Below are positions 1 through 10,783 of a stretch of DNA of 33,396 nt, piece after piece. The notes under the pieces are model-generated. The model ran no database searches. It was not told the DNA's origin and saw only the letters and a list, made by a program, of their open reading frames with translations. The DNA is from Octopus bimaculoides (Eukaryota). The stretch covers positions 61,845,692 through 61,879,087 of the forward strand of contig NC_068983.1 of NCBI RefSeq assembly GCF_001194135.2. Reading direction: 5' to 3'. Numbering within the stretch: the stretch's first letter is position 1; each line of letters starts with the position of its first letter. Made by a program: the position numbers and the translations under genes.

Positions 1-288
1 TGGAATCTAAAAACAGAAACAATTCCTATCATAGTAGGTGCCTTAGGTATAATAAAAAAAATATTCAGACAAATACATAACAAAAACACCAGGACTTACA
101 AATATATATAACATACAGAAAATTGCACTACTGGGTACTGCACACATTCTACGCAAAACACTTTCAATACAGTAAACATAAGAGCACCACAGCAATCCAC
201 AGCACATACTCAAGGCGCACAGAGCTGCGCTCGGTAGTGAAGTGAAAGCACGTTATAAAAATAAAACTACTGAACCATAATAATAATA

Positions 289-290
<2 letters not shown>
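1..290 (+). mobile_element. 3' end of an R4/Dong-clade (RLE) non-LTR retrotransposon, family A, with 3' UTR and short (TAA)n tail
   Basis: Translates WNLKTETIPIIVGALGIIKK/YSDKYITKTPGLTNIYNIQKIALLGTAHILRKTLSIQ* (one frameshift, stop ~173-175). This matches the typical RLE-LINE C-terminus (P-I/V-I/V-G-A-L-G ... QK-A-LLGTA-ILR). A TAA tail follows at ~277-289. Confidence 0.8.
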
Positions 291-322
<32 letters not shown>

Positions 323-341
323 CGACAACAACAACAACAAC
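277..341. repeat. Compound trinucleotide microsatellite (TAA)n-(GAT)n-(CAA)n
   Basis: Read directly from sequence. Confidence 0.95.
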
Positions 342-1885
342 TTCTGACGGAGGAGCCCAAGGTGATGGCTCGCTGGCCATTGTACTTTGAGGAGTTGTAT
401 AAGGTGGGCCTACCTAGATCTGGTCTCAATACTACGATGCTTTCAGCACTGGGGACCCCCCTGCTAGTCAGCTGTGATTTGCCGTGAGAAGATGAGGTTC
501 AAACGGCAGTAAATCATCTCAAGAGCGGGAAGTCAGCCTGCATTAGACGCATTCATGGGGAGATGTTGTAGCCTTGTTCTTGCAACAGGTTATCTGTTCA
601 CTCTGGAGCAGCGGGCTAATACTACCTGGCTTTAAGAGGGGCATAACTATCCCACTCTGAAAAAGTAGAAATGACTGCCACGACTGTATCACTTAAAGAT
701 CTATTGCTCTCTTTTCATTGACCGGTAATGTCTTTGCCAGTGTCATCCTGAATAGAGTGCGAAATCATCTACTTACCCCTCATCGGTCGGAGCAGTCAAG
801 GTTCGCCACAAAGAGGTCAACTACTGACAGGATCGCAGCTCTTGTGTACTCATTGAACGCAAGCAGAGCTTTCGGCAGGGACTTCTTACAGCCTGTCTAT
901 TTGCACAAGGCGTCTGACTCGATGGACAGGGATATGCTTCGGAGTATTCTGGAGCTGAGAGATATACCTTCTCAACTATTTGGACTGATGATGGCCTTGT
1001 ACACCTGAACAGTGGGTGGAGTACGGATTGGGTGCTCAGTATCTAATATTTCCTCAGTTATACCTGGTGTTTGTCAGGGTTGTATATTGGCTTCCACTCT
1101 GTTCAATGCCTGCATGGATTGGATACTTGGCCGAATGGTGGCTCGATTGAGTTGTGGTACATTCGTGGGTGAAACTAGATTTAAAGGCCTAGAATTTGCT
1201 GATAATGCAGTTATTCATGTTGAGTCTTTCGATGTCTTAAAGAGTGCTCTCCTTTCGTCGAATGAGGAAGTGGAACCACTTGGCCTAAGAGTCTCTAGGA
1301 TCAATACAAAGATTCAGTCCTTCATTGGCTTCTTGGAGGACTCCACCTCATCTGTCTCTGTTGCGTGTGAGAACGTCGGAGTTGTTGACCATTTAACTTA
1401 TCTCGGCGATGAGATTCATAGAAGCATCAAATGTGAGTCTGAAGTCCTAAAAAGACTTAAACGAGATGATGTAGTTATGGACATGTCGGACAAAGGTATC
1501 TGGGTCTTTAGGTCTCTACTTCTCCCTGTCCTGAACTACTTTGGTACCAGGACACTTTGCAGGATTATGTGTTACCATAGGTCAAATTTAGTATCCAACC
1601 AACGACTCGGCTCAAAAACTGGGATGCATCTTATTACTTGTATGAATCGGGAGCGCCAGCTCAGACTGCTTGGCTATGTTGTTCGATTTTTCCGAGTTAG
1701 ACCTTTCTTTCCGTGTTCTCTTCACTGAGGATCCCATATAACCACGGTAGATGAAAAGGTATCTCGTAGAGATGGGGACTGACTGGGACTCTACTCAATG
1801 GGTCGGTCGGGAGAACCCGAAATTACACCGACAAATGGTGAATACAGCAAGGCACTGTAACAGCACATTCCTTCACACCTGACCT
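342..1885 (+). mobile_element. Degenerate 5'-truncated RTE-clade LINE (reverse transcriptase region to 3' end)
   Basis: EPKVMARWPLYFEELY near 355. ORF 718-1008 has NVFASVILNR and F..KRSTTDRI. ORF 1012-1728 has GVCQGCILASTLFN, LEFADN (YADD motif), INTKIQ, HLTYLG and RQLRLLGYV. Stops and frameshifts throughout; ends in TGACC. Confidence 0.85.
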
Positions 1886-1886
1886 T

Positions 1887-1993
<107 letters not shown>

Positions 1994-2064
1994 AACAGCG
2001 ACCTTGTAGACAGGTTACTGCATCGAACAAAATGCTACCGGCTTATACTATCTGGACTTTTTAT

Positions 2065-2280
2065 TGTTATCATTACTTTCATCACGAAATTTTTGCTTTT
2101 GCATAGTCCCAGGCCAAACTTGATCGAGTGAACTTATAATCGAAAGCATTCCATTGCGCTCATCTCATCTTATTTTAAAGGAAATTATTACCTATGTGCG
2201 CATCCATTTTTAGGAATTTAGGATGTAATTTCAAGGATATTTGGCTAGTAATTCTAGGAAGTTCACATTGGTACACGTAT
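2065..2280. repeat. Diverged unclassified interspersed repeat; second copy at ~22588-22780
   Basis: Shared blocks such as tagtcccaggccaaacttgatcgagtgaacttataatcgaaagcattcc vs tagcctcagatcaaccctgataccgtaaacctatcatcaaagacattct, and atttggctagtaattctag vs actttggctgctacttttag. Confidence 0.45.
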
Positions 2281-2429
2281 TTTGAGAAATAGTAACTCTT
2301 CTTATTACGTTTTGAGTTCCAGTCCCCACAAAGGTGGCATTTATGTTTATTTCCTCAGAGTCAATCACAAAAGTACTAGTAATATATGGAATTCGATTTA
2401 AAGAGCAACAGCTGAAAGTAGCTTTGCAC

Positions 2430-2720
2430 TTGGTCAATCAATGCAGTATAGTAAAATCTTTCTCGTACATTCTAAGTTCAAATCTCATTGATATTGATTT
2501 TGCTCTTTAATCGTCAAGGGATCGATAAAAAACAAATGCTAGTAATACCCTGAAGGTGTTTCAGCTAAGTATAGTCTTCCTTTCACAAATGGTTTTCGTA
2601 ATAAATTAGATTATAAGATAAATAGTAGTTAAGCACCATTGAAGTACTGGGTTTCTACAGAATCGATCATTCTTCTCTCCCTACTACAATTACGTAGCCC
2701 TTATCAAAGATCAATAATAA
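2430..2720 (+). mobile_element. Highly decayed SINE (family also at 3104-3322), interrupted
   Basis: ttctaagttcaaatctc...gattttgctcttt...gggatcgataaaa and gtactggg...aatcgat resemble the reverse complement of the 3104-3322 copy. Confidence 0.4.
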
Positions 2721-3103
2721 ATCATCATCAATCATATCACTTTGTTTATGACTAAACACAAAAGATCTATAAGTTAGGAGAAGGAAAGAACAAAAATGTT
2801 CAAGACCCAATCATTTCCCGATTACATTAGCAGTGTTAGTAAAACAAACTAGCTACCAATGGCAATGAAAGAGGGATTGAGGTCTCACTTTGCGTGACAC
2901 CACTTAATCTACGGAGTTTACGACAAAAAAAATCAATACAGTCTCTTTCCATGTATGTCTGAATGTACGTCTGCATGTGTGAGTATCGGTTTAAGTGCAA
3001 GTGTGTAAGTGTTTATCGTGTTCTTAACATATTTCCAATTTTTGTCAATGACCTCCCCATATTTAAAATTTACCGTTACACATTGTCCGGATGATCTTCA
3101 CTA

Positions 3104-3322
3104 GCAATCCTTTTTGTAATAGGCTTAAAGCCCTGACGGTTGGAATTGTTGGGTGCAGGCTGGTCGATTACATTGACTTCAGTGCTCAACTGGTACTTAT
3201 CTCATCGACCCCAAAAGAACAAAGTCGACCCAGGAAGAATTTGAACTCAGAATGTAAAGCAGCAAGAAATGCCGCAAATCATTCTGTCCGCCATGCTAAC
3301 GACTCTTCCAGCTCACCGCCTT
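3104..3322 (-). mobile_element. tRNA-derived SINE (family 2)
   Basis: The reverse complement starts aaggcggtgagctggaagagtcgttagcatggcggacagaatg and carries a B-box-like gagttcaaattc. The tail matches the fragment at 20858-20915. Confidence 0.7.
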
Positions 3323-4166
3323 CACCCTCACTCATTTCAGAGACAGAAATGAAAACAACACACGATAACCTCACTAAAAGAAATATCATGATATTAATAT
3401 TTCCAATATTTTTAATAACATACAGTATTTTATAACATTCAAAATATCAAATAATTTCTTTTAATAGCTACCAGTTTTGGGAAGAAATTTATAACATCTA
3501 GAACCACTACTATCCCCACCCCACTCAACAAAAAACAGACATTATTTCAACTAGATAAAATGATGTTGAAAACATTGGTTTCGTTTGACTTGTCTCAAAG
3601 TGTAAGAATTTATATTTGCAGGGAAATGTTATTGTTTTGAAGTTAACACCTTCCCCAAACGTGTTAGTGAGGCGAGGAAAATAAAATGGTTTCATTGAGG
3701 TATCGATTGCAATGTTTACAGCAGATGTAATAGAAAACAATAAACTTGTCTTCGCAACCACTACAAAAGTGTTTAATATATGAGAAAATATTTTACATAA
3801 GTCACACGAATAACTGAATGGTGTAGATTGAATATCTACTGTTCCTGTCAAGGGAGATTGTGCAAATATTTTGTTTCATAGAAGGTTTACAGAAGATAAA
3901 GATGATTGTATGTGATCCAATAGAGGTATAATGTTCGACAGAACTGCATGTTTGAGAGGGAAAATATAGTGTATGTGTTAGAGTTTATTCATGCTTCAAT
4001 AGAAATGTTCATATATACACACAGAAGACTATATATATATATATATATACAGATACTATATATATNNNNNNNNNNNNNNNNNNNNNNNNNNNNNNNNNNN
4101 NNNNNNNNNNNNNNNNNNNNNNNNNNNNNNNNNNNNNNNNNNNNNNNNNNNNNNNNNNNNNNNNNN

Positions 4167-4203
<37 letters not shown>

Positions 4204-4346
4204 GATACATGTGTGTGTGTGTACTCTATATGTGTAGATTAATTTATAGCATTCCGTTTGATCGCGTGAGATTACACCTTTTTCCTTCTCATTGCGTTGT
4301 AGCTGCTTGTAGGGAGATTTCAATGTGTATGTGTGCGCTAAAATAA

Positions 4347-4347
<1 letters not shown>

Positions 4348-4382
<35 letters not shown>

Positions 4383-4384
4383 GG

Positions 4385-4440
<56 letters not shown>
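4348..4440. repeat. (GATA)n tetranucleotide microsatellite
   Basis: Read directly from sequence; one interruption. Confidence 0.95.
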
Positions 4441-4577
4441 CTTTTGTCCGTTTTGCTAACGAGCATTGAGTTGCTTGAACAACTAAATTTTCTGCTCATT
4501 GAATTAGCTTTAAACGGTGTGTAACAGGACTGTATATTTGTATTGCAAGAATAATCCATCCAATGGACTTCTATATA

Positions 4578-4720
4578 GTTTCCGTCTATCCACACTTTTA
4601 GTCAAAATTTGGGAGCTGACCCAAAGCTTTAGAACATGATCTTACCAAAGATGTTCAACAGTAGCAACGTCACCGAGACCTGGAGATTGCGATACGAACA
4701 ATATGACCGCTTGCCTATAT
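4578..4720 (-). mobile_element. Old SINE copy (family 1 variant); related head at ~5265-5330
   Basis: gtttccgtcta...tttgg...cttaccaaag...cagtag...ccgagacc parallels SINE family 1. The 5265-5330 copy has a B-box-like ggttccaatcc on the minus strand. Confidence 0.45.
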
Positions 4721-5464
4721 ACATATGTGTGTGACTGTGTGGGTAGGAGAAAGACAGAGAGAGAGAGGGAGAGAGAATAAGAGAAAGACAGTTTATGCAT
4801 GAGTATACGTGTGTTTACCTTTCAGTTGACATTGTCAGTTTCCTTCATTTCTTTATTTCCTTCAACTCCCTGCAGTTACTTTCCACCTCACTCTCCCACA
4901 TTCACTTCCCGATCTCTCTCTCCCCCCTCTCTCTCNNNNNNNNNNNNNNNNNNNNNNNNNNNNNNNNNNNNNNNNNNNNNNNNNNNNNNNNNNNNNNNNN
5001 NNNNNNNNNNNNNNNNNNNNNNNNNNNNNNNNNNNNNNNNNNNNNNNNNNNNNNNNNNNNNNNNNNNNNNNNNNNNNNNNNNNNNNNNNNNNNNNNNNNN
5101 NNNNNNNNNNNNNNNNNNNNNNNNNNNNNNNNNNNNNNNNNNNNNNNNNNNNNNNNNNNNNNNNNNNNNNNNNNNNNNNNNNNNNNNNNNNNNNNNNNNN
5201 NNNNNNNNNNNNNNNNNNNNNNNNNNTTAACAATAAAAAAAAATTTAATATCACGACAAAAATTTCAGCAGTAGGATTGGAACCGAGACCTCGAGATTGC
5301 GACCCGAACAATGTGGCTGCTTGGTTATATACATATGTGTAAGTGTGTTCGTGTATGTGTTTGACTGGGAACGACAGAGAGAGAGAGAGAGAGAGTTTAT
5401 GCGTACTATATATTCTATATTTTTTGTAGAGGTGTAAAGAGCCTTTTTATGAATACTACAGGAT

Positions 5465-5826
5465 TACTAGAATCTTTCCATTTTGTTCGATGACCTTTTG
5501 CCATTTTTCTGGCAACTTCATGATTCCACGCTCATAGAACTTCTGGTCCTAATCAGCCAAAAACTGAAGCAAGTGCGATTTTAGCTCATCATCATTATTG
5601 AAACTTTTACTATTCAAAGAATTTTGCAAACTTCGAAATAAATGGTAATTTGATGGTGCAACGTCAGGGCTATATGGTGGATGTGACATTACTTCCCAAC
5701 CAAGCTTCAATCATTTTGACGAGTTAGTTAGACGTGTGTGGTCTAGCGTTGACATGGTGGAACACGATTCCTTTACGATTTACCAATTCTGGCCGTTTTT
5801 GTTTTGATTGCTTCCTCCGGTTTCAT
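5465..5826 (-). mobile_element. mariner transposase C-terminal remnant
   Basis: Minus-strand translation (one frameshift and an internal stop) gives RPELVNRKGIVFHHVNARPHT, LGWEVMSHPPYSPDVAPSNYHLFRSLQNSLN and FYERGIMKLPEKWQKVIEQNGK, i.e. the YSPDLAP motif. Confidence 0.9.
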
Positions 5827-5843
5827 TAGTTGTTGACAGTATA

Positions 5844-5979
5844 GACGATAAGAAATGGAGCAATAAATAACAGTGAGAAGTGGATCGTTGGTGCTATAAA
5901 GTCATTATCTAATTATATAATGATTTTATAACACCAACGATCCACTTCTCAGTTATTTATTGCTCCATTTCTTATCGTC
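5844..5979. mobile_element. Fold-back hairpin element (MITE-like), ~63-bp arms, 8-nt loop
   Basis: Arms 5844-5908 and 5917-5979 are reverse complements apart from 2 substitutions and a 2-nt indel; TA-rich flanks. Confidence 0.8.
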
Positions 5980-6154
5980 TTTATATATATTAAACCACGG
6001 TTTTACCTTTTAAATTACCTTCTACCGTATACCTTATAACAAGGACCATACACACTGAGGTAATACCATGAGTGCCTATGGATACATCTATCCCTTAGAT
6101 GGCTACATTACCTTTAACCTATATCTTACACAATATATATATATNNNNNNNNNN

Positions 6155-7308
6155 ATTTTTGTTTATTTTCAGATCATTAAAATGGAATGTCAAGTTAAGA
6201 CAAACGAACATTTTGGACACCTCCTTCATTTTGCTTTGAATTTAGTTTCTAAGGCCGCAAAAGCTGCTCGCGACATTTGTGCTGTGTATGGAGAGGGTGC
6301 TATAGCTGAAAGAACCACTCGTGAGTTGTATGCCAAGTTCAAAAATGGAAATTTTGACCTCAAAGACGCACTTCGTTCTGGCCGTCAGGTTGAGTTCGAT
6401 GGAAAGCGATTAAACCAACTTTTGCACGAAAATTCTCGTCAAACGACAAGGGAACTGGCAGAGAAAATTAAATGCTCCCATATTGCTGTAGAGAAGCATC
6501 TTCACTCGATGGGAAAGGTTCAGAAGTATAGAGCATGAGCTCCGCATGCTTTAAGTGAAACAACAAAAATCAACGAGCCACAATCTCCTCCACTGGTTTG
6601 CTTGCTTGTCACAGCTTAACTCATGGACACAAGCAACGATTTTTTTTACCGAATCGTTACTGGCGATGAAAAGTGGTGGCTGTACATCAATATGAAGCCG
6701 CGGAAGAATGGCTTAGCCACGGTAAAAAAGTGACACTGCGCGTGAAACAAGATCTTCATCCACGTAAAACGATGTTGTGCGTATAGTGGGATTGGGAAGG
6801 GATTATCCATTACGAATTGCTTGAACAGAACCAAACGGTCAACGCGGAACTCCATGTTCAACAGATAGAACGACTCAACGCGGCCATTCAAGAGAAAAGA
6901 TCTAATCGTCAGCATGGAGCTCTTCCTCTGCACGACAACGCCCACCCTCATATCGCCAATATGACCAAGGAAGCCATTCAAACGCATGGCTGGGAAGTGC
7001 TGCCACACCCGCCATACTCTTCTGATTTGGCACCAACGGATGTCCACCTCATTCGATCTCTTTCAAATGCTATGCGCAGAGTTTTGTTCAATACCGATGC
7101 AGAATTGAGAGCTTAGCTGGATCAATTTTTCGAGTGGAAATCGGGTGATTTCCACCAACGAGGTATTGAAAATCTTGTTGAACGTTGGGAAGAAGTTGTA
7201 AACAACAAGGGTGAATGCATTATTGATTAATTAGTTGTTATTTTTTATTAAACTTTAAAAAAATTTAAATTTGAAAAAACCGTGGAAACTTAGTTGCCAA
7301 CCAAAATA
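6155..7308 (+). mobile_element. Near full-length defective mariner element (pseudogenised transposase, ATG 6182, stop 7228-7230) with right TIR
   Basis: MECQVK..EHFGHLL, HTH RQTTRELA, *APHAL (WVPHEL motif with W to stop), IVTGDEKW, LHDNAHPH and HPPYSSDLAPTD form a DD34D triad. Right TIR-like aaaccgtggaaacttagttgccaaccaaaata (~7277-7308) is followed by TA. The left end is lost in the 6145-6154 gap. Confidence 0.92.
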
Positions 7309-7317
7309 TATATACAT

Positions 7318-7486
7318 ATATTCGACGGGTTTCTTTCAGTTTCCGTCTACCAAATCCACTCACAAGGCTTTGGTCGGCCCGAGGCTATAGTAGAAGACAC
7401 TTGCCCAAGGTGCCACGCAGTGGGAATGAACCCGGAACCATGTGGTTGGTAAGCAAACTACTTACCACACAGCCACTCCTGCGCCT
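7318..7486 (-). mobile_element. tRNA-derived SINE family 1, 5' half
   Basis: The reverse complement reads aggcgcaggagtggctgtgtggtaag (A-box-like) ... ccgggttcattccc (B-box-like) ... caccttgggcaagtgtc. Near-identical copies at 8058-8226, 18427-18593 and 26877-27040. Confidence 0.88.
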
Positions 7487-7985
7487 ATATATATAGGAAA
7501 ATACACACACTTTATATAGTTTTAATATAATTTTTAATATATCGACCCNNNNNNNNNNNNNNNNNNNNNNNNNNNNNNNNNNNNNNNNNNNNNNNNNNNN
7601 NNNNNNNNNNNNNNNNNNNNNNNNNNNNNNNNNNNNNNNNNNNNNNNNNNNNNNNNNNNNNNNNNNNNNNNNNNNNNNNNNNNNNNNNNNNNNNNNNNNN
7701 NNNNNNNNNNNNNNNNNNNNNNNNNNNNNNNNNNNNNNNNNNNNNNNNNNNNNNNNNNNNNNNNNNNNNNNNNNNNNNNNNNNNNNNNNNNNNNNNNNNN
7801 NNNNNNNNNNNNNNNNNNNNNNNNNNNNNNNNNNNNNNNNNNNNNNNNNNNNNNNNNNNNNNNNNNNNNNNNNNNNNNNNNNNNNNNNNNNNNNNNNNNN
7901 NNNNNNNNNNNNNNNNNNNNNNNNNNNNNNNNNNNNNNNNNNNNNNNNNNNNNNNNNNNNNNNNNNNNNNNNNNNNNNNNNNNNN

Positions 7986-8226
7986 AAGCGATGTTGGGCG
8001 GACAAACACAGACACACAAACATATACACATACATACATATATATATATATATACATATATTCGACGGGTTTCTTTCAGTTTCCGTCTACCAAATCCACT
8101 CACAAGGCTTTGGTCGGCCCGAGGCTATAGTAGAAGACACTTGCCCAAGGTGCCACGCAGTGGGAATGAACCCGGAACCATGTGGTTGGTAAGCAAACTA
8201 CTTACCACACAGCCACTCCTGCGCCT
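7986..8226 (-). mobile_element. tRNA-derived SINE family 1 (head plus part of body; remainder in gap)
   Basis: Identical to 7318-7486. It is preceded by the aagcgatgttgggcggacaaacac segment also seen in the full copy at 18157-18593. Confidence 0.88.
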
Positions 8227-8474
8227 ATATATATAGGAAAATACACACACTTTATATAGTTTTAATATAATTTTTAATATATCGACCCGCTTTGCTTTCG
8301 CTGTTCATGATATTATGGTATACTTATTTGAATATGTATTTTATTAAGAAGAAACTTTTGTCCATGTTGTGTGTGATGATATTTACGAGTGAATGGCTTC
8401 ACAAGTAGAAGAATAAGGGGAGGTAATTGGTTATCGTTATTATTCTTGTTATTGTTGTGGGCAAGAGAGGTAAA

Positions 8475-8661
8475 CGTTGTTTTGAGGTCTTGAAGACGAA
8501 GATCCTGAGTTGTTCTATCTGACACTATTGTGAAAATCCTTTTTGTCAATTTGAAAGGGATATTTATTTTGATGTGTTTCGGGTGGCATGAGCTAAAAAG
8601 GAGATATTGTTTAGAATCAGTTGGTTTATAATAGATGTCAGTTATGAGTTGATTGTTGGGT
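8475..8661 (-). mobile_element. Penelope-like element RT (thumb) fragment
   Basis: Minus-strand translation QLITDIYYKPTDSKQYLLFSSCHPKHIKINIPFKLTKRIFTIVSD matches the PLE motif TD.Y.KPTD...YL...S.HP.H.K..IP. Confidence 0.82.
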
Positions 8662-8664
8662 GCC

Positions 8665-9805
8665 CCTATTCCCCAGGACTGGTTGATGCCATTTTGATTT
8701 CATTGTTCAAAGGAAAAGGATTCAAATCCGCGTCTGGCAATTACAGAGGTATAAGCCTGCTTGAAATAGTCGGTAAGGATTTTTTAAAACTTTTACTTAA
8801 TCAGCTAAAAATGTGAATATGCCCCTATGTCATCCCAGAGTGTTAACGTTGTTTTAGATCAAGTCACTGCACAATGGACATGATGTTTTCTGCTCGTCAA
8901 CTCCAAGAGAAACGCGTCGAACATCGTATAGCTCTTTACCAGGTATTTGTCGATTTAACAAAAGCCTTCGACACTATTAATAGGACCGTTCTCTGGACCA
9001 TTTTTCGTAAACTTAGATGTCCACCTCAATTTGTCAACTTGCTTAAGCAACTCCATAGTGATACGAAAGCTGTCTTAACTTCGTGGGCCACTATCGGAAC
9101 CAATTTCTATCGATAACGGAGTTAAACAAGGTGATATTGCTGCTCCAACAATTTTTTCCATATATTTTGCTGTAACTATCTTGTACGCTTTCTAAGACTG
9201 TGATATCTGCGTCTATATTCGCTTCAGAACCACAGGTAAGGTCTTTGATGTTAAAGACATTCCAGGCCCTTGTTCGAGGGTTCCTTTATGCGCCGATCAA
9301 GACTTTAGAAAGATTCTATCAGACTTGCCTAAGGAGGATACTAGACATGAAATGGAAGTCTTTAACACCAGACACCGTTGTTCTTCAGTATTGAAATCCA
9401 GTATTGGAATGATCTTCATACACAATCAGATGCATTGGGTTGGGCACCTTGCTAGGATGCAGGATGACAAGTTGCCAAAGCAGTTGTTTTACGGGGAGTT
9501 GCAGCGTGACATAAACCTAAGAAACGTTTAGGGATACTGTCAAAAGCAACTTTAAGTGTTTTAATGTAAAACATGAAGACTGGGAGCAAATGACACAAGA
9601 TCGATCGGTTTCGAAACAAATGATCTACAATAGATGTAAAGCATTTGAAACTCAAAGAATTGAACAATCTATCTTGAAACGAGCACTTCGTAACATGACT
9701 TAGCTACAATCTCAGAAACTTTTCTGCTTAACAATATTTGCAAGATCTGCAGTAGTGTTTGTTTGTCATGAGCAGCAGTTGCTAGTCATATAAGAGCTCA
9801 TGACA
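8665..9805 (+). mobile_element. Degenerate, internally deleted RTE-clade LINE with C-terminal C2H2 finger
   Basis: ISLFKGKG..SASGNYRGISLL, TMDMMFSARQLQEK, FVDLTKAFDTINR, GVKQGDIAAPTIF, LERFYQTCLRRIL, HWVGHLARMQDDKLPKQLFYGEL, then CKICSSVCLS*AAVASHIRAH (9739-9801). Confidence 0.88.
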
Positions 9806-10123
9806 GTATTTATTATTTGAAGAGATGGCCTTCTGTAAAGAAGTGCCAATCAAAATGTATATACACACATAGATGGATACATATATGCATAGGTACCCAT
9901 TCCAATATAAACTGTAGATCCAACGCAGAGATGTTTCCAAAAACGTCCGCCATCATCAGGTACATTTTAAACAAATAAGCAGGTAAGGTAGAAATATGAG
10001 ACGACTCGCTCATCAGCTACACGGTGGAACAAGTGAAAATGTAATATACATAGAAAGATAGATAGATAAATAGATAGATAGATAGATACATACATACATA
10101 CATACATATATATATATACACAC

Positions 10124-10159
<36 letters not shown>

Positions 10160-10737
10160 NNNNNNNNNNNNNNNNNNNNNNNNNNNNNNNNNNNNNNNNN
10201 NNNNNNNNNNNNNNNNNNNNNNNNNNNNNNNNNNNNNNNNNNNNNNNNNNNNNNNNNNNNNNNNNNNNNNNNNNNNNNNNNNNNNNNNNNNNNNNNNNNN
10301 NNNNNNNNNNNNNNNNNNNNNNNNNNNNNNNNNNNNNNNNNNNNNNNNNNNNNNNNNNNNNNNNNNNNNNNNNNNNNNNNNNNNNNNNNNNNNNNNNNNN
10401 NNNNNNNNNNNNNNNNNNNNNNNNNNNNNNNNNNNNNNNNNNNNNNNNNNNNNNNNNNNNNNNNNNNNNNNNNNNNNNNNNNNNNNNNNNNNNNNNNNNN
10501 NNNNNNNNNNNNNNNNNNNNNNNNNNNNNNNNNNNNNNNNNNNNNNNNNNNNNNNNNNNNNNNNNNNNNNNNNNNNNNNNNNNNNNNNNNNNNNNNNNNN
10601 NNNNNNNNNNNNNNNNNNNNNNNNNNNNNNNNNNNNNNNNNNNNNNNNNNNNNNNNNNNNNNNNNNNNNNNNNNNNNNNNNNNNNNNNNNNNNNNNNNNN
10701 NNNNNNNNNNNNNNNNNNNNNNNNNNNNNNNNNNNNN

Positions 10738-10783
<46 letters not shown>

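Noticed and set aside
7400-7486. SINE heads as genuine tRNA genes
   Set aside because: They have A/B-box-like motifs but no complete cloverleaf, and continue into a shared SINE body.
9930-9960. Minus-strand CTGATGA...GAAAC, a perfect hammerhead core 15 nt apart
   Set aside because: The intervening TGGCGGACGTTTTTG does not form stem II, and no stem I or NUH pairing is found. At best a decayed PLE end.
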